64,000 nt of DNA from Perna viridis. Taxonomy: Eukaryota. Numbering within the stretch: position 1 is the first letter of the stretch; each line of letters begins with the position of its first letter. The translations under genes and the position numbers were made by a program. The DNA lies in NCBI GenBank assembly GCA_037379345.1, contig CM074515.1, forward strand, positions 47,993,743 to 48,057,742. Reading direction: 5' to 3'. Below the pieces are notes generated by a model that made no database searches, was not told the DNA's origin, and saw only the letters and a list, made by a program, of their open reading frames with translations. Positions 63,509 to 64,000 of this stretch are shown here, in pieces.

Positions 63509-63753
63509 GTATTATTTGAATTTGGAATTATTTTGGAATTTAGAAAATGGCCAAAAAAAAATTATTTGTGAAACTAAACCTTACTAAGGGGATTAGTCAT
63601 GCCTAACAAAGTTAGTTAAACAAAAGTCAAGGAAAACTTCCTAACCCCTTTAGTCATGATGGCATGTGTAACCCCATTAGTATGGGTAAGTTTCATAAAT
63701 AATTTTTTCACTTATTTTCTTAAATCCAAAATAATTCCAAATTCAAATAATAC
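63509..63753. mobile_element. Palindromic (foldback) MITE-like element
   Basis: gtattatttgaatttggaattattttgga... / ...tccaaaataattccaaattcaaataatac. Imperfect arms of ~95 bp; TSD unclear. Confidence 0.7.
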
Positions 63754-64000
63754 ACAGTCTACATATAATATACTCCATATATATATTTTTTCTAATGAAG
63801 TAGGCACAGATTATGACAACTTAACTTTTTAAATGTTTTATGACGACTGAAAATTTAATTTGGAGCCTAAAAAAAGTTGTTATTTCATGTTCTAGTACAA
63901 AATAGTTTCCTGAACCTGCAGCAAAGTAACAAAATAAAAAAAGTTATGAGATTAATGACATTTTATTTTATTTCATTTGCAAAGGCATAAGCTAACCCTG

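Overview
AT-rich animal genomic DNA with spliceosomal introns; the repeat content suggests a bivalve mollusc (inference). Two protein-coding genes can be assembled by hand from splice sites. (1) TEN1, the small OB-fold subunit of the telomeric CST complex: + strand, exons 2797-2894 and 6871-7138, 121 aa. Its 4-kb intron holds a TIR element and a 5'-truncated Penelope-like reverse transcriptase. (2) A convergent - strand echinoid-like (nephrin-superfamily) receptor: 21 coding exons from 53443 down to 15285, about 1109 aa, with signal peptide, 7 Ig domains, FN3 plus a degenerate FN3, TM, and a Tyr-rich tail ending KKVIYEVVV. The most interesting observations follow. An orphan 1488-nt phase-0 terminal exon (11055-9568) fits an internal phase-0 donor just upstream of the PDZ-binding motif, predicting an isoform that swaps VIYEVVV for a 495-aa tail. 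The cytoplasmic exons each carry one YxN motif. There are several candidate alternative signal-peptide first exons. The Penelope-like copies share a structured 3' RNA element. Many MITEs and two minisatellites fill the introns. All gene models and folds are manual, with no database searches run.
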